From positions 194,410 to 258,409 of the forward strand of contig CAVPDZ010000028.1 in assembly GCA_963702755.1 (NCBI GenBank): DNA of 64,000 nucleotides. Direction: 5' to 3'. Positions 19,385 through 30,198 of this stretch are shown in pieces (within the stretch, counting starts at the first letter, position 1; each line of letters begins with the position of its first letter). This stretch comes from an uncultured Alphaproteobacteria bacterium. Its GTDB lineage: Bacteria > Pseudomonadota > Alphaproteobacteria > Rhizobiales > Xanthobacteraceae. The notes beneath the pieces were generated by a model that did not search any database, was not told the origin of the DNA, and was given only the letters and a program-made list of their open reading frames with translations. The translations under genes were made by a program, and so were the position numbers.

Positions 19385-20376
19385 TCCGTTCCGGCGACGC
19401 CGGCGTTTTTCACGATCGTCGCCCAGCGTGCGCCTTCCGATTTGATGAAGGCGCGCAGTTCCGCCGTCGGCGGCGTCTGATAGGGCGTCATGCCGAGGCG
19501 GACGAGTTCAGCCTTGATCTCGGACTGTGCCATGATCGACCCGACGGCGTCATGCAGTCGCTCGACCACCGCGCCGGGCGTCGCCGCCGGCGCCACCACC
19601 ACCTGCCAGCCCACGGCGTCGAAGCCGGGAATGGTGTCGCCGATCGGCGGCACGTCGGGCAATTCGGGCCAACGCATCGCGGTCGAAATGCCGATCGCGC
19701 GCACCTTGCCGCTCTGGATCATCTCCAGCGCGGGCGCGAGGTCGCAGATCATCAGCGGGATGTGCCCGGCGACGACGTCGGTCAGCGCCGCGAGACTGCC
19801 GCGATAGGGCACGTGCGCCATCTCGACGCCGGTCATGCTCTTGATCATCTCGATATAGAGATGGTGCGGCGTGCCGACGCCGGCGGAGCCGTAGGACAGC
19901 TGGCCCGGCATGTCCCGCGCGAGCTTGATCAGATCGGCGACCGAATGGACCGGCAGCGACGGATTGACGACGAGCGCGAACGGCGTGCCGGCAATGAGCG
20001 CGATCGGGGCAAAGTCCCTCACGGGATCATAAGGCAGCGCCTTGAACAGCGTCGGGTTGACGGCGAGCGACGTTACCGAAGCCGACAGTAGCGTGTAGCC
20101 GTCGGCCGTTGCCTTCGCGGCCGCGCTGGTCGCGATCACCGTGCCGCCGCCCGGACGGTTTTCGACGACGAAAGGTTTGCCGAGGCGCTTTTCCAGATTC
20201 TGCGCGACGAGCCGCGACAACAGATCGGTGGCGCCGCCCGGCGGAAACGGCACGACATAAGTAACGGTCCGGGTCGGATAATCTTGCGCCGATGCGCCTT
20301 GGGCCAGAGCACGGCCATCGATGTTCGCCGCGATCGATGCGAGGAGAAGCGCGAGCAGCGCTGCGGCAAATCTCAT
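19381..20376 (-). CDS. Bug-family (TctC-like) substrate-binding protein
   Basis: Signal peptide. VTYVVPFPPGGATDLLSRL, VENRPGGGT. Confidence 0.85.
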   Translation of the reverse strand: MRFAAALLALLLASIAANIDGRALAQGASAQDYPTRTVTYVVPFPPGGATDLLSRLVAQNLEKRLGKPFVVENRPGGGTVIATSAAAKATADGYTLLSASVTSLAVNPTLFKALPYDPVRDFAPIALIAGTPFALVVNPSLPVHSVADLIKLARDMPGQLSYGSAGVGTPHHLYIEMIKSMTGVEMAHVPYRGSLAALTDVVAGHIPLMICDLAPALEMIQSGKVRAIGISTAMRWPELPDVPPIGDTIPGFDAVGWQVVVAPAATPGAVVERLHDAVGSIMAQSEIKAELVRLGMTPYQTPPTAELRAFIKSEGARWATIVKNAGVAGTE

Positions 20377-20439
20377 CGTTCCATCCCTGTGTCCTCGTCC
20401 TTGGCTGTTGCGGCATCCTCTTGCGCGGGCTCTGCCGCG

Positions 20440-22054
20440 TCAATGGGCGGCGACGGGCGGGCCGCGGCCGGCTTTCGCGCTCAGCAGTACAAGTGCGAGC
20501 GGCGACAGCGCGAAGGCGATGCAATGCGAACAGGCGGAACACGTCGATGTAGGCGAGGAGGCTCGCCTGCTGGGTGACACTCTGGGCGATCAATGCGATC
20601 GCCGTCGATTGCGCGGCAACCGCCGACATGCCTTGCGCAATGAGCACGTTCTTCGCAGCCGCAATCGCGTCCTGGTATTGCAGCGACGACGGATAGAGAT
20701 GCGCGACCAGGTAGTCCTGATGCACTTGGGAATAGCGCGCAAGCAACGTGGTGGCCGCGGAAATGCCGATGCTGCCGCCGAGATTGCGCGAGACGTTGAT
20801 GAGGGATGACGCCTTGTCGGTCATTTTGGGCGGCAGGCCACTGTAGGAGACGGCGGTGATCGGCACGAACAGGAACGGCAGCGCCACGGTCTGGAGCGCG
20901 CGTGCCCAGCCGAAGAAGGCGAAATCCGCGGTGCCGGCGAGCGCGGTCGAGCGCCACATGCCGACCGCGGCGATGAACATGCCGGCGGCCATCAGGTATT
21001 TCGCCGGAACGACATTTCCGAGCCCGCCCGCGATCGGCATCATCATCAGCATGGCAAGGCCGCCCGGCATCAGCGCGAGGCCGGAGAGCGTCGCGGTGTA
21101 GCCGAAGTTCGTCTGCAGGAGCTGGGGAATGAGCTGGGTGGTGCTGTAGAGCATGCCGCCGACGCCGAGCATCATCACGCAGGAGGTCGCGAACTGGCGA
21201 TAGCCGAACAGGCGGATTTCGACGATCGGATCCGATTGCTTCAATTCCCACGGCACGAACAGCACGAATGCGACCGCCGACACGATGGAAAAGAAGATGA
21301 TGAAGTCCGAGGAGAACCAGTCCTCGCGCTGGCCCTTGTCGAGCACGACCTCGAGGCAGCCGAGCGCGGTCGCCACCAGAAAGAAGCCGATCCAATCGAT
21401 CTTGAGGCCGCCGGCGAGGCGCTCCTTGCGTTCGCGGATCAGCGTCGGCGGCTCGGTCACCATGATCTGCACGAGAATGAGCGACAGCACGCCGATCGGC
21501 CCGTTGATGAGGAAGATCCAGTGCCAGGAAAAATTGTCGGTGAGCCAGCCGCCGAGCGTCGGGCCGATGGTCGGCGCCACGATCACCGCGATGCCGTAGA
21601 GCGCGAAGGCCTGCGAGCGGTGCCGCGGCGGGAACGTGTCGGCGAGCATCGCCTGCTCGCTCGGCGCCATGCCGCCGCCGCCAAGGCCTTGCAGCACGCG
21701 AAAGAAGATCAGCATCTCGAGGCTCGGCGCGAACGCGCACAGGATCGAGCTCACGGTGAAGGTCGCGACGCACAGCATGTAGAAGCGTTTGCGGCCGATC
21801 ACGCCGGAAAGCCAGCCGCTGATCGGCAGGATCACCGCGCTCGCGACGAGATAGCTCGTGAGCACCCACGTGGCTTCGTCGATGCTCGCCGCCATGGTGC
21901 CGGCAATATGCGCGAGCGCGACGTTGGCGATCGAGGTGTCGAGCACCTGCATGAAGGTCGCGATCGAGATCACCACCGCGACAAGCCAGGGATTGCGGTC
22001 GCCCGCGGCCGAGCGGCTGAGGTCGTCGCCCTTGCGCGGCGCGCCGTCGCTCAT
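20440..22054 (-). pseudogene. MFS DHA2-family multidrug efflux permease (EmrB/QacA-like), frameshifted near 20525
   Basis: A 14-TM DHA2 sequence runs from MSDGAPRKGDD (ATG 22054, overlapping the emrA-like stop) to ..AYIDVFRLFA. The tail IAFALSPLALVLLSAKAGRGPPVAAH* is in another frame. The span length is not a multiple of 3. Confidence 0.85.
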
Positions 22055-23232
22055 CGCACCCGCACTGTTGGCACGACCGACATGCCCGGCCCGATGTAGA
22101 CGTCGGGCGGCTCGTCGAACACGATCTTGACCGGAACCCGCTGCACCACTTTGACGTAATTGCCGGTCGCATTCTCCGGCGGCAGCAGGCTGAAGGCCGC
22201 GCCGCTGCCCGCCTGGATCGAGTCGACGCGACCGCGGAAGATGCGCCCCGGATAGGCGTCGATCGAAATGTCGACCGGCTGGCCGGGACGCATCAGGGTG
22301 AGCTGCGTCTCCTTGAAGTTCGCCGTGATCCACTTGTTGTCCGGCACGAACAGCATCAGCACCTGCCCGGCCTGGGCATAGGCGCCGACCGCGGCGGTGA
22401 TCTTGGTGGCGCGGCCGGCTTGCGGCGCGAGGATGCGCGTGCGCAGCAGGTTGACCTGGGCGAGTTCGAGCGTGGCCTGCACTTGCTCGAGCTGGCCTTC
22501 GTTGTTTTTCCGCTGGGCTTGCAGCACCGGAATTTGCTTCTTGGTCGCCTCCGCGTTAGCCTTGGCACTCGCCACGTTGGCCTGCGCCTGGATCAGGTTT
22601 GATGATGCCTGCTGCGCCGCCTGTGGGGTGCCGGCATTGCGGCGCAACAGATCCTGATTGCGCTGATTTTCCTGGGAGGCGAAGGTCAGCGCCGCCTCGG
22701 TCTGCTCCACCTGCTTCTGCGCCTGGTCGATGCGGGCCTGCTGCGCCTCGATCTGCGCATCGAGGTTCGTGATCATCGCCTTCGCCTGATCGACCTGTGC
22801 CTTGGCCTGGTCGACCGCCGCCTGGTAGTCGCGGGGATCGATCAACACCAGCGTCGCGCCGGCTGCGACTTTCTGATTGTCGGTGACCGGCACGCCCACG
22901 ATCATGCCCGCGACCTGCGAGCTGATGCTGACGATGCGCGTATCGATGAAAGCGTCGTCGGTCAATTCGAAATGGCGCGCGTGTTCCCACCACAGCAATC
23001 CGCCAGCGAGCGCGATCACGACGAGAATCGCAACCACCATGAGCGTGAAGGCGCGGCGACGGAGAAAGCTCTTCTCCTGCGGTTGTTCTTTGTGCTCGGC
23101 GCGCTCGCCTGCAACCGGCTGCGCTTCCTTGCGGTCGACGGGCCGCTCGCCCGCTTCGCGGGCATCATCGCGATCCGCCGGCGCCGCCTCGTCAGGGGGC
23201 AGCTCGTCGTCTTTCAATCGGGGTTCGGACAT
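22051..23232 (-). CDS. HlyD-family membrane fusion protein (EmrA-like)
   Basis: N-terminal TM helix, coiled-coil (AQVDQAKA...QIEAQQARIDQAQKQVEQ), barrel-sandwich motifs. Translationally coupled to the downstream MFS gene. Confidence 0.88.
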   Translation of the reverse strand: MSEPRLKDDELPPDEAAPADRDDAREAGERPVDRKEAQPVAGERAEHKEQPQEKSFLRRRAFTLMVVAILVVIALAGGLLWWEHARHFELTDDAFIDTRIVSISSQVAGMIVGVPVTDNQKVAAGATLVLIDPRDYQAAVDQAKAQVDQAKAMITNLDAQIEAQQARIDQAQKQVEQTEAALTFASQENQRNQDLLRRNAGTPQAAQQASSNLIQAQANVASAKANAEATKKQIPVLQAQRKNNEGQLEQVQATLELAQVNLLRTRILAPQAGRATKITAAVGAYAQAGQVLMLFVPDNKWITANFKETQLTLMRPGQPVDISIDAYPGRIFRGRVDSIQAGSGAAFSLLPPENATGNYVKVVQRVPVKIVFDEPPDVYIGPGMSVVPTVRVR

Positions 23233-23442
23233 GAAGACCGATCATCCGCGGGTCAGGAATTGGGCCGCAGTTCTGAAGCTTACCATTTTCGGCAACCGTG
23301 AAGTGTGACGAACGTTCCCGCCAAGTCCGGGTCAGCGTTGCGCGATTTGCGGCTGCCACTGCGGCTGGTTGGCCGCCCAAAGTCTTAATCGCGTGCCGAA
23401 CGCTCGCTCGCCGAGTGCGGTCAACCAACATTACCGGAGAGG

Positions 23443-24300
23443 CTAAGATTGCGCCTGCTCCAAGGCGCGGCGGGTGACGGCGAGCACGAGGTCGCAGCGA
23501 TACTCGGCGTTGGTCTGAGCATCGGTGAGGGGGTCGATGGCCGCCGCGGCAGCTTCGGCCGCGCGGCGGAATACCGCGAGGTCCGGCGCCTGCCCGTCGA
23601 GCACCTTTTCTGCCGCGTCGATGCGGCGCGGGTGGGTTTCGGCGCCGCCGACGCCGACGCGCGGCTTCGCGATCACGCCGTTCGTCACCTCGTAAGTCAC
23701 GAGCGCCATCCCCATGGCGAAGTCGCCGGCGCGGCGGTTGAACTCGTAGAAGCCCGTGCGGGTGCCGGCTGGGAGCACCGGCAGGCGCACTTCGACGAGC
23801 AACTCGTCGGGTTCGAGCGCCGTCGTCATGATGCCCTGGAAATAGTCCGCCGCCGCGATGACGCGCGTACCGCGCGCACTACGCGCCACCATTTCCGCCC
23901 CCAGCGTCGCGGCAACGAGGCACCATTCCGACGCGGGATCGGCGTGGGCGACGCTGCCGCAGAACGTGCCGCGGGTGCGAATCGGATAGTGGGCGATGTG
24001 CCGCATCACCATCGCGAGGAGCGCGCCGAGCGGACCGTCGATCACGGGGTGGCGGAACGCCTGATGGCGGATGCCGGCGCCGATCACGAGCTTGCCGTTC
24101 TCGACCGCGAGCCGCCGCAGCGCCTCGATGCCATTGATATCGACAAGGTGGTGGGGCCGCGCGAGGCGGAACGCCATGGTCGGAACCAGGCTCTGGCCGC
24201 CGGCGAGCACGCGTCCGTCGTCCGGCGCGAACTCGGCGAGCATCGCCACCGCCTCATCGATCGTCTTTGGTGCGTGATAGTGAAAGGAGGCAGGCTTCAT
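23443..24300 (-). CDS. xanthine dehydrogenase-family FAD-binding (CoxM-like) subunit, orphan
   Basis: MKPASFHYHAPKTIDEAV..LAGGQSLVP..RTRGTFCGSVAHADP. Divergent from the M-S-L operon. Confidence 0.85.
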   Translation of the reverse strand: MKPASFHYHAPKTIDEAVAMLAEFAPDDGRVLAGGQSLVPTMAFRLARPHHLVDINGIEALRRLAVENGKLVIGAGIRHQAFRHPVIDGPLGALLAMVMRHIAHYPIRTRGTFCGSVAHADPASEWCLVAATLGAEMVARSARGTRVIAAADYFQGIMTTALEPDELLVEVRLPVLPAGTRTGFYEFNRRAGDFAMGMALVTYEVTNGVIAKPRVGVGGAETHPRRIDAAEKVLDGQAPDLAVFRRAAEAAAAAIDPLTDAQTNAEYRCDLVLAVTRRALEQAQS

Positions 24301-24416
24301 TGGCGCGCGCGTTTCATTTTCGGGATCATGCGTTTTTTTTGGCTTGATACAAGAGAATTGCTATAAGGCCCGGTCGGCATCGGCCGCCTTGCGTCTCCGC
24401 TTGGCCGGCAATGCTC

Positions 24417-24488
24417 GTAGCCCGCATGAGCGCAGCGACATGCGGGGCGCAGGTTGATCCCGGATATCGCTGCGCTCATCCGGGCTAC
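24417..24488. repeat. palindromic REP (GTAGCCCGCATGAGCGCAGCGACATGCGGG ... CCCGGATATCGCTGCGCTCATCCGGGCTAC)
   Basis: An inverted repeat read directly in the divergent intergenic region. Confidence 0.75.
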
Positions 24489-24531
24489 GGTTACTGTTTT
24501 CACCGGGGCACGAGCGGACAAGTCACGAGCG

Positions 24532-25401
24532 ATGAAGCCACCTCCCTTCAACTATCACGATCCGAAGACGGTCTCCGAGGTCGTCGGCCTGCTGACGACG
24601 CTTGAAAACGCCAAGCTGCTGGCCGGCGGACAGTCGCTGATGCCGATGCTCAACTTCCGCTACGTGCAGCCGGACCACATCATCGACCTCAACCGCGTCG
24701 AAGGTCTCGCCTACATCCGCGAGACGGCGGACGGCATGGAGGTCGGCGCGATGACGCGCCAACGCGACCTCGAATTTTCGCCGCTGATCGAGAAGCGCTT
24801 CCCGTTGATGCACGAGGCGATCAAGAACATCGGCCATCGCCAGACCCGCAACCGCGGCACCATCGGCGGCTCGCTGTGTCACCTCGATCCGTCGGCCGAG
24901 CTCGTGTCCTGCGGGATGACCTATGACGCCGTCGTGGTGGTGTCCGGCCCGAACGGCCAGCGCGAGATCCAGTTCAAGGATTTTCCCGTCGGCTATCTCA
25001 CCTCGGCGGTCGAGCCGACCGAGGTGTTGACCGCGATCCGCTTCACCGCGTGGCCGGCGAAGCATGGCTATGCGTTCATCGAGTTCTCGCGGCGCCACGG
25101 CGACTTTGCCATCGTGTCGGCCGCGACGCTGCTGCTCGTCGACGGTGCCGGCAAGATCACCCGCGCCGCGGTGACGCTTGGCGGCATGGGCACCGGCCCA
25201 GTGCGAGCGAGCGAACTCGAAGCCGCATTGATCGGCCAGGCCCCGGACGTCGAGTTCCTGCGCCAGGCCTGCGAAAGCTGCCGCAAGTTCGACGCGCTCG
25301 ACGACGTGCACGCGCCGGCCTCCTACCGCCAGCACCTCGCCACTGTCATGTCGCGCCGCGCGCTTGAGAAGGCTTACGCGCGCGCCACCGGGAAAGCTTG
25401 A
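24532..25401 (+). CDS. xanthine dehydrogenase-family FAD-binding (CoxM-like) subunit
   Basis: ATG at 24532. MKPPPFNYHDPKTVSEVV..LAGGQSLMPMLNFR..RNRGTIGGSLCHLDP. Confidence 0.87.
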   Translation: MKPPPFNYHDPKTVSEVVGLLTTLENAKLLAGGQSLMPMLNFRYVQPDHIIDLNRVEGLAYIRETADGMEVGAMTRQRDLEFSPLIEKRFPLMHEAIKNIGHRQTRNRGTIGGSLCHLDPSAELVSCGMTYDAVVVVSGPNGQREIQFKDFPVGYLTSAVEPTEVLTAIRFTAWPAKHGYAFIEFSRRHGDFAIVSAATLLLVDGAGKITRAAVTLGGMGTGPVRASELEAALIGQAPDVEFLRQACESCRKFDALDDVHAPASYRQHLATVMSRRALEKAYARATGKA

Positions 25402-25403
25402 AA

Positions 25404-25901
25404 ATGGGTCCGTCGCGCAAAGTCACCGTCACCGTCAACGGCAAACGCTACGAAGAAGAAGTGGAAGTCCGCGTCACGCTCGCCGACTTCATCCGCCATC
25501 AGCTCGGCCTCACCGGCACTCATCTCGGCTGCGAACATGGCGTCTGCGGTGCGTGCACGATCCTCCTCGACGGACTGTCGGCGCGCTCCTGCCTGATGCT
25601 CGCGGTGCAAGCCGACGGCCACGAGATCCTGACCGTCGAGGGCATAGCGCCGAGCCCGGACACGCTCCATCCGCTGCAGCAGGCGTTTCATGAGAACCAT
25701 GGCCTGCAATGCGGCTTCTGCACGCCGGGCATGCTGACGACGCTGCTCGAATTCCTGCGCGACAATCCCGATCCGACCGAGCAGGAGGTGCGCATCGCCA
25801 TCTCCGGCAATCTGTGCCGCTGCACCGGCTACCAGAACATCGTGATCTCGGCGCTCGATGCCGCGAAGCGCCTCAAGGGCGAAGCGGGGCAGAAGGCTTG
25901 A
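25404..25901 (+). CDS. (2Fe-2S)-binding small subunit (CoxS-like)
   Basis: [10 protein letters not shown] and CGFCTPG...CRCTGY cysteine clusters. Starts right after the M-subunit stop. Confidence 0.9.
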   Translation: MGPSRKVTVTVNGKRYEEEVEVRVTLADFIRHQLGLTGTHLGCEHGVCGACTILLDGLSARSCLMLAVQADGHEILTVEGIAPSPDTLHPLQQAFHENHGLQCGFCTPGMLTTLLEFLRDNPDPTEQEVRIAISGNLCRCTGYQNIVISALDAAKRLKGEAGQKA

Positions 25902-28233
25902 ACGGAGGTCCGTTCGGGAAAAACGTCGCACGGCTCGAAGATCGCGACCTTTTGACCGGCCGAGGCCGTTTCGTCGACGACATCCGTTTTCCCGGCCTGC
26001 GGCACGCCGCATTCGTGCGCAGTCCGCACGCACATGCCCTCATCCGCGGCATCGATCTGGCGGCGGCGCGCGCCCACCCTGGCGTCGATGCCGTCTACGC
26101 CGCAGCCGACCTGCGCCCACACCTGACCGCCGATCGCCTGGTGGTGGCTTTGCCGTCACCCGCCTTTCGTCAGGAGGTCCATCGGCCGGTGCTGGCATCG
26201 CGCGAGGTCGTGCATGTCGGCGAGCCGGTCGCGGCCGTGATCGCGGCGAGCCGACAGGTCGCGGAGGATGCCGCCGCTCTGGTCGTGGTCGACTACGAGC
26301 CGCTGCCGTGCGCCGTCGATGCCGAGGCCGCGCTCGCGCCCGGTGCGCCGACCGTCCATCACGGCGCACCTCACAATCTTGTTGGCGAATTCGCACTTGG
26401 TTACGGCGATGTTGCCGCGGCCTTCGCCGGTGCAGCGCATGTTGTCCGGGAAAAGTTTCGCATCGATCGCGGCGGCAGCCACTCGATCGAGTGCCGCGGC
26501 CTCGTGGCGAACTACGATGAGAACGAAGACCGGCTGACGGTGTTCAGCTCGACACAGACGCCTCACGTCTGCATGCGCATGCTCGCCGAGCTCCTGGGGC
26601 GCGACGAGAACCGCGTGCGGGTCGTGACGCCTGATGTCGGCGGCGGCTTCGGACCGAAGCTCGTGTTCTACCAGGAGGAGGCGGTGGTTTCGCTCGCCGC
26701 GCTGCTCCTGCGCCGGCCGGTGAAATGGATCGAGGACCGCCGCGAGCACTTCATCTCCACCACCCAGGAGCGCGACCAGATCTGGGACGTGGAGATGGCG
26801 CTCGACGCCGGCGGCAAAATCCGCGGCGTTCGCGGCACGCTGATCCACGAGCACGGCGCCTATACGGCGCGCGGCGTCAACGTGCCTTACGGATCGGGAG
26901 CGGCGCTGACGCTCGGCTATGAGGTGCCGGCGTTCCGGCTCGACATCAAGCTCGCACTCACCAACAAGGTCCCGGTGACGCCGGTGCGCGGCGCCGGCCA
27001 GCCGCAAGGTGTGCTCGCGATCGAGCGCCTCATGGACCGCGCCGCGCGTGGCGCTCGGCATAGACCGCGCCGTCATGCGCCAGCGCAATCTCGTTCCGGC
27101 GGAGAAGATGCCGTATCGCACGCAGCTCAAGACGCGTGGCGGCATGCAGGTCGTGCTCGACAGCGGCGATTACCCCGCCTGCCAGGCGATGGCGCTCGCC
27201 GACGCGGACTGGAACGGGTTTCGGTCGCGGCAGGCGGCGGCGCGCCGCGACGGGCGCCATCTCGGCATCGGCATCGCCAACTACGTCGAGGGCACCGGCC
27301 GCGGACCGTTCGAGCCGGTGACGGTGCGCATCGCGCCGTCCGGCAAAATCCATGTCTATTGCGGCGCCGCCGCCATGGGTCAGAGCACCCGAACCATGTT
27401 GGCGCAAGTCGTCGCCGAGCAACTCGGCGGCGACATGAGATATCTGACGGTGACGACCGGCGACAGCGCCGCGACTTCGCTCGGCCTTGGCGGCTTCAAC
27501 AGCCGGCAAACGGTGCTGGCCGGATCTTCGGCTCACGTCGCCGCCGTCAAGGTGCGCCACAAGGCCCTGGCGGTCGCCGGCCACCTGCTGGAATGCGCGG
27601 CGAGCGACCTCGAGATCGTCGGCCGCGACATCCGCGTCAAAGGCGCGCCGAGCCTCAAGGTCACGCTTCGCCGAAGTCGCGCGCGCGACCATGGGCATGC
27701 CCGGTTATTACATCCCGGGCGGGGAAGCCGGAATGGAGGCGAGCGAAAGCGTCATCATCGACGACATGACCTATGCCAACGGCTGTGCGGTCGTCGAAGT
27801 CGACGTCGATGTCGAGACCGGCGCGGTCGCGATCACGAACTTCGTGTTCGTGCACGATTGCGGGCGCGCGATCCATCCGATGATCGTCGAGGGCCAGGTG
27901 GTGGGCGGCGTGGCGCATGCGATCGGCAATACGCTGTTCGAGAAGATGCAATTCGGCGCTGACGGCCAGCCGCTGACGACGACGCTTGCCGATTACCTGC
28001 TGATGACCGCGACCGAGATGCCGCGCATCAAGGTGCTGGACCACGAAGCGCCGACGGCGCTCAATCCGCTTGGCATCAAGGGCGTCGGCGAGAGCGGCAC
28101 GCTGCCGACCACGGCCGCGCTCATCTCGGCCATCGAGGATGCGCTCTCGCCCTATGGCGCGCGCTTCACCAGCGTGCCGGTAACGCCGGCCGACATCATT
28201 GCCCAGATTGCGGCGGCACCGCCGCGAGGCTGA
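25898..28233 (+). pseudogene. xanthine dehydrogenase-family molybdopterin-binding large subunit, frameshifted near ~27050 and ~27665
   Basis: A TTG at 25898 overlaps the coxS-like stop. [27 protein letters not shown]...DVGGGFGPK...VRGAGQPQGVLAIERLMDRAAR | ALGIDRAVMRQRNL...VKGAPSLKVT | FAEVARATMGMPGYY...LGIKGVGESG. The three ORFs 25709.., 27009.. and 27487..28233 join cleanly. Confidence 0.85.
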
Positions 28234-29117
28234 TGGCGATCCGCTTCGACGATATCGGTAACCGGCTCAAGGCATTCCGCCTTGCCTCCGGGCTCAGCGC
28301 CGACGAGATCGCAAGCCGGCTCGATATCTCGCGCACCGCGCTCTACCGCTTCGAGAAGGGCGAACTTGCCAAGATCGAGACCCTGGAAAAGCTCGCCGAC
28401 CTGCTCGGCGTGTCGGTGCCGACGCTGCTCGGCGTCGGAGTCGAGTACATCGCCTCGGCCGTCGCCTATTTCGAGCGCATGCGCCAGATCGAAGAAACCT
28501 CGGAGCACATCATCGTGCTCGCCGGTCCGATCTCCTACCTCCTTGCGTCCGATGGCTTCGACCGGGCGCTCGCCGATGTCCTGCGCGAAAGCATTCCGGA
28601 GAGCGCCGACGGGCGCAAGCGCGCGCTTGCGGACGTGGACGAGGTCATGGCGGTGCTGCACCAGCGCAAGGAGACCTACCGGCGCCGCAAGCCCGGCATC
28701 GTGAATTTGATCTCCGCCGTCGAGATGGCGAGCTTCCTGCGCAATGGGCTCGTCGGGCGGTTCGACCTTGCCGACAACGTGCGGCGCGAGCGCCGGGCGC
28801 TGGCGCGCGCCGAGGCGGAGCACTTGGCCGCGCTGATGGCCGACGAACCGATCGGCGTGCAGATCGGCATCGTGCCGGACACGCTGCCCCACGCAAGCTT
28901 CCAGATCTTTCGCCAGCCCGACCGCCAGATTCTCGTCTTGTCGCCGTTCCGGCTCGGCGAGGAGCCCAACATCCGGGTCGGCGTCGCCATGATCACGTCG
29001 GCGCCGGAAGCGCTCGCGCTGCATGAGAAAATGGCGACCGACCTGTGGCGCCGCGCCCACAAGGGCGACGCCGCGGTCCGCCTGATGCGCGACATGATCG
29101 CGAAGACGGAGGAGTGA
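28233..29117 (+). CDS. XRE-family HTH transcriptional regulator with a C-terminal uncharacterised domain
   Basis: N-terminal HTH (LKAFRLASGLSADEIASRLDISRTALYRFEKGE). The ATG overlaps the large-subunit stop (TGATG at 28231-28235). Confidence 0.75.
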   Translation: MAIRFDDIGNRLKAFRLASGLSADEIASRLDISRTALYRFEKGELAKIETLEKLADLLGVSVPTLLGVGVEYIASAVAYFERMRQIEETSEHIIVLAGPISYLLASDGFDRALADVLRESIPESADGRKRALADVDEVMAVLHQRKETYRRRKPGIVNLISAVEMASFLRNGLVGRFDLADNVRRERRALARAEAEHLAALMADEPIGVQIGIVPDTLPHASFQIFRQPDRQILVLSPFRLGEEPNIRVGVAMITSAPEALALHEKMATDLWRRAHKGDAAVRLMRDMIAKTEE

Positions 29118-29149
29118 GGCTGCGGCGAGTCCCTCGCGGCTTGCAGCTT

Positions 29150-29236
29150 GTAGGGTGGGCAAAGCGAAGCGTGCCCACCGTCGCGCGGATTCGTGCGTGG
29201 GCACGCGCGGACAAGTCCGCGCTTTGCCCACCCTAC
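29150..29236. repeat. palindromic REP (GTAGGGTGGGCAAAGCG ... CGCTTTGCCCACCCTAC)
   Basis: Inverted 17-nt termini with an internal GTGCCCAC/GTGGGCAC pair. Confidence 0.8.
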
Positions 29237-29249
29237 CGAGCGAGTGATT

Positions 29250-29759
29250 TTACGGCAGCTTGTCGTAGCCTTCGCCGAAGCCCTTCAGACCCATGGGAAA
29301 GCCGATGCCCTCCTCGGGGGTCTGGAAAATGAAGAACGTCGCGGTCTGCCCGGTGCGCAGCTTCTGGACGAGGGCATCGTCCATCTGCACCTCGGCATAG
29401 CAGCCACGCGGCAGACAGCGCACGAAGCCGGCGCGGCCGACGTCGACCTGGTCGATCTTGAGCCCGAGTCCGGCCGGTAGCAGCACGCCGAGCGGCGCCT
29501 GCACCCGCATCAGCCGCGCCTTCTGGTCCGCGGTTTTGATTACCAGAACCGTGATGCCGACGTTATTGCGATCTTCGGCGACGACGCTCTGGAACAAGGC
29601 GCATTGTTCCCCCTGGGCGCCGGCCGGCGTTTCACACCGGATCTGCCAGTCGCCATGGACCGATTTGACGGCGCCCTGCGCCAATGCGGCCGGACCGGTG
29701 GCGATGGTCACCCCGATGACACAGGCGGCCGATAGGAGTGTGCATGCTATTCGCGTCAT
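29250..29759 (-). CDS. invasion-associated locus B (IalB)-family periplasmic protein
   Basis: The ATG at 29759 gives a signal peptide. HGDWQIRCE..GEQCAL, GFVRCLPRGCYAEV pattern. Confidence 0.7.
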   Translation of the reverse strand: MTRIACTLLSAACVIGVTIATGPAALAQGAVKSVHGDWQIRCETPAGAQGEQCALFQSVVAEDRNNVGITVLVIKTADQKARLMRVQAPLGVLLPAGLGLKIDQVDVGRAGFVRCLPRGCYAEVQMDDALVQKLRTGQTATFFIFQTPEEGIGFPMGLKGFGEGYDKLP

Positions 29760-30198
29760 TCTCCGCCCGAAAACCGCGCCAAACGCAGCGACCGCGCGTC
29801 CGGCCAGCCACCCCTGGCCTTGCTTCATCATGGTGCCGTTCCCCGATCTCCGGCGCGCAGCCGGTCATGAGAATTGCGATGGCGAATCAGCCCTGCGACT
29901 GGCCTATCCTGGTCCTCGACCATGTCAAGGAGCAGAACCATTCCGATTCCACAATTCAAGATGCCACGGCGCCCCGCGCCCGGCGTCAGAAAGCGCATGG
30001 CTCAGCCTTCAGGCACATTGCGAGTACGGCGGAATTGTGGTTCATGAGGCCCCGGAATTCCGGCTATCGCCCCCCCTGAGCGGAATTCAGCCGCTGCGGT
30101 TTCTGCCGCAGCCCGTTGTCAAAATCGCACCACTATTCGTGGGTCCAAGGTGCGGGTCGGCCCTAACCGGCCGTCATCATTAAGGAGATGAAGAGGCA

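Noticed and set aside
24532-28233. Calling the M-S-L operon aerobic carbon monoxide dehydrogenase (coxMSL)
   Set aside because: The large subunit lacks the CODH active-site loop (AYXCSFR / form II AYRGAGR context). Only family membership (xanthine dehydrogenase/aldehyde oxidase) is supportable.
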